From Takakia lepidozioides (lineage: Eukaryota; Plantae; Bryophyta), in NCBI GenBank assembly GCA_030704615.1, contig CM060732.1:77748001-77812000 (forward strand): a stretch of DNA of 64,000 nt, in the 5' to 3' direction. Below, one piece after another: positions 61,431 through 64,000 of the stretch (its first letter is position 1; every line of letters starts with the position of its first letter). Both the position numbers and the translations under genes were made by a program. The notes under the pieces were generated by a model. The model worked only from the letters and a program-made list of their open reading frames with translations. It searched no databases and had not been told where the DNA came from.

Positions 61431-63032
61431 CTACGACCTGCAGATGACTTGTGTCTTCCCTTGGGGCCTTTGCCCAGCGCTTGCAATAGCAATTTTTTGA
61501 TTGTGTTTACAGATTGGTGGAGCCCACCCGCACAATGGGGTGATCCATGCATGCTTGGGGGAGGGGTTGTTTGCTTTGATTGCTGCACGCAAACGTTCTC
61601 CTGCCTCGCTGCAGGCTCGTGCCGACCACTTGGCGTCGAAGGCCCTCCTGGCCAATCGCTCTTGTGTTCGGGCCTTCTTGAGAGCATCTTTCTCGATCTT
61701 CTCGGCTGCCCGCTTTGCTTTACCTTGCAGGGTCTCCTCTTTTTTCTGCTCACGAGCTCGGGTTGCTTCTTCTTTTAGTCTCGCATTTTGCTCTAGTGCT
61801 GCCAAGTATACATCAGATGTCATTATAATTGACTTGTTGTAGTCTATAATAGGTTCGTCTCCTGATGCTCTTACCCTTCGATCGACTGCATGAGCCTCTG
61901 GGAGCGTCAATAATCGGGAGATTGATGAAAGGACCTCTGGCTGGCTAGGAACCATCTCCCAGTCTACGTCATCATCGAGCTGCACTAAGGACTCCTGGCT
62001 GCTGCAAAAGTGTGCCTGGTTGTCATCGCCCCTTTCCTGGTCATTGCGCCTATCCTCATCTGGCTCTTCGACCACCACAAAGTAGTGGTGGTGATTCTCT
62101 TGTATGTTGGGCACATAGTTGCCCAACACCTCTTCCACATGAAGGGCAGCAAGTACGTCTTCTACCTCCCCCTCAGGTGTATCCTCGTCCATTGATTCTG
62201 GTCTGATCTCCTAGGCGTGCAGGTCTGGTGTCCCCAGCCCTGAGAAGCATTCTGCCGGCCCCATCTTTCCTGCCATGGCTTCTGGATTCAAAGGCCAGAT
62301 CCCAGAGGTCTTGAATCCCTTGGCAATGTTGGTAGGGGTCAGTCCTTTTTTCAATGCAAGGGAGACCCATTGGGCCAGATCTTCTTTCAACGCACCTCTT
62401 CCTTTATGTGCCATGGTCCAAACATCTCTATATTTCCTGAAGGCAGTCTTAAAGGGCTTGCCACATCAAGGGGCTGGAGTGCATGGGATGTGTGGGAAGG
62501 AAGTGTAATGACATCAAGTCCTAGTGATCTTGCTTGCTTGACAATGTCTAGGGTGACGTGTGAGTTGTGACCATCCAGAATTAACAAATGTTTGTTTATG
62601 ACGGTAATCTCATTGCCCATTGCCTTTGCTGATTCCAGAAAATATGATATCCACTTGTGAAACAATATTGCAGTCATCCATGCTTTTCTTTGCATTGCCA
62701 TTGTTGCTCCAGATTCACATTTGTGAATGTAATTGCGACGGAATCTTTTCCCTTTGAATATGTAGAAGTTTGGGATGTAACTTCCTGCAGCATTCATGCA
62801 GGTGAGGACGCTTAGCCACTCCCTCTGATCTGGTGTTATAGAATGAACAGATCTGGATCCGGTCTTGGCCAGCACAACAACACCTCCGTTTCGCCCAGCT
62901 CGGGCCCCGGACTTGTCACAATTCCATATCCTTATTGGCCCATAGTTGTGCTTACATCAGTTTCAGGTTAGCATAGAACGTCTTTACGTTCTCTGGACAT
63001 AATCCCTTGGCCCTCCCAGTCTCTAGTCTTTG
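61431..63032 (-). mobile_element. pogo/Tigger-like DDE_1 transposase, frameshifted, interrupted by an LTR element
   Basis: IWNCDKSG, WLSVLTCMNAAG, KAWMT, LLILDGHNSH, LPSHTSHALQPLDVA, NIAKGFKTSGIWPLNP; possible terminus TA-CAGTAC near 60335-60342. Confidence 0.9.
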
Positions 63033-64000
63033 TGTTGCGCACCTCACTTCGGTAAGCTCTCCTTCAAGTCATAGTTACTCGCTTTGATGCGTGCGCCTAA
63101 CTCCCTAACTGGCCGTCGGGCCAACTCGGAGCTTCGGTTGCTCACCGGGACATAACGGTCCCCCTTTACTCCTCCACAAGACCCTCTCCCAATTTGGGCC
63201 TAGTGGAAATTCCCTTTGGTCGATGGCAGTCCGGAATAGCTCCCCACACCTTGGTCGTTTTCCGGCTCGCACGCTTACTCACTAGTTTTTGGTCACCAAC
63301 GGGCTTGCACCGTTCTCGGGGTTACTACTCCCTATATATACTTCTGTGACTGTCCGCGGGGGTTTCACAAACAACCATGCCATTTTATGGCAAACCACCA
63401 CGAAAACCCTCGATTCCCGGTGATGAGTCGCGGTGAGTCTTGGCCCACCCACCACGGTCCCATTGGACCGTGATGAGTCCCAAGACTCCCCACGACTCCC
63501 ACCACAAGGTCTCCGCCCCCATGGTGAGTCCTATGCCACCCCCACTAAGTCCCCTAAGCTAACACCACCCCTCGTGGAACCACCCCCACCGCAATCCGGT
63601 GTGCGGGGCTCCACCTAGTGAGCGCCTTTGTCTTGAGTGCCTTGGGCACTCAAAGGTGCTTCAGCCCCCGCATCTATTGTCGCCACTACCCCCACCACAG
63701 GGGCAGCCCCTCTCGTGTCCCGACCCCCTGCCCTCAAGGCAAAGGGCTGTGACACACACCCCTACCAACAGGGAGTCGATGTCCTCATCGACTTGTCTAT
63801 TTTGTAGAAACGAACATCCCAGTTGTGGCGTCCCACATCAAGGAGTTTGTTTCCGCACCATGGCGTCCCATGGCTAAGAACCAAACTCCCACTTGACTCT
63901 ACTCTCCACTAGCTAGTTCGGCTGACTTCCTCCAAGTCCCGGCCAAGGGTGGAGCCTCTCAAGCTCTTCCCAGTGCACTCTTCTTGGCCCACTTCAAGGC
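63033..64000 (-). mobile_element. 3' end of a second Ty3 family 1 element (3' LTR 63033-63754 plus PPT); runs off the right edge
   Basis: LTR homologous to 2702-3417 (TGTTGCG...TGTGACA); adjacent CACACCCCTACC = minus-strand PPT GGTAGGGGTGTG. Confidence 0.92.

Noticed and set aside
2702-63754. Family 1 LTRs at both window ends as one giant element
   Set aside because: PBS and PPT show that both element bodies point out of the window; the flanks TTCTG and CTTTG differ

Overview
Repeat-rich land-plant nuclear DNA; the Tcn1-like chromoviruses and PLS-type PPR remnant suggest a bryophyte or other seed-free plant (inference). 1-13 kb is a nest of three decayed Ty3/gypsy LTR retrotransposons from two families, one with a Tf1-style self-priming PBS. 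One of these elements sits in the intron of a degraded gene whose reconstructed fragments follow the motif order of cGAS/Mab-21 nucleotidyltransferases; a second partial copy lies at about 14.6-14.9 kb. 21.6-31.5 kb is an apparently intact 8-exon RING-vWA E3 ligase gene whose introns hold six same-orientation insertions of a (TC)n-tailed LINE lineage. 25-60 kb is a tandem duplication with a TCCT microhomology junction. It contains three intronless secreted PGIP-like LRR genes, a PPR pseudogene with a solo LTR, a 5'-truncated RING-vWA pseudogene carrying a Copia element with two nested inserts (one with GGG termini and a 4-bp TSD, Sola-like) and a MITE. The window ends in a pogo-like transposase interrupted by the 3' LTR of the first Ty3 family. 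All calls were made by eye; no database searches were run.
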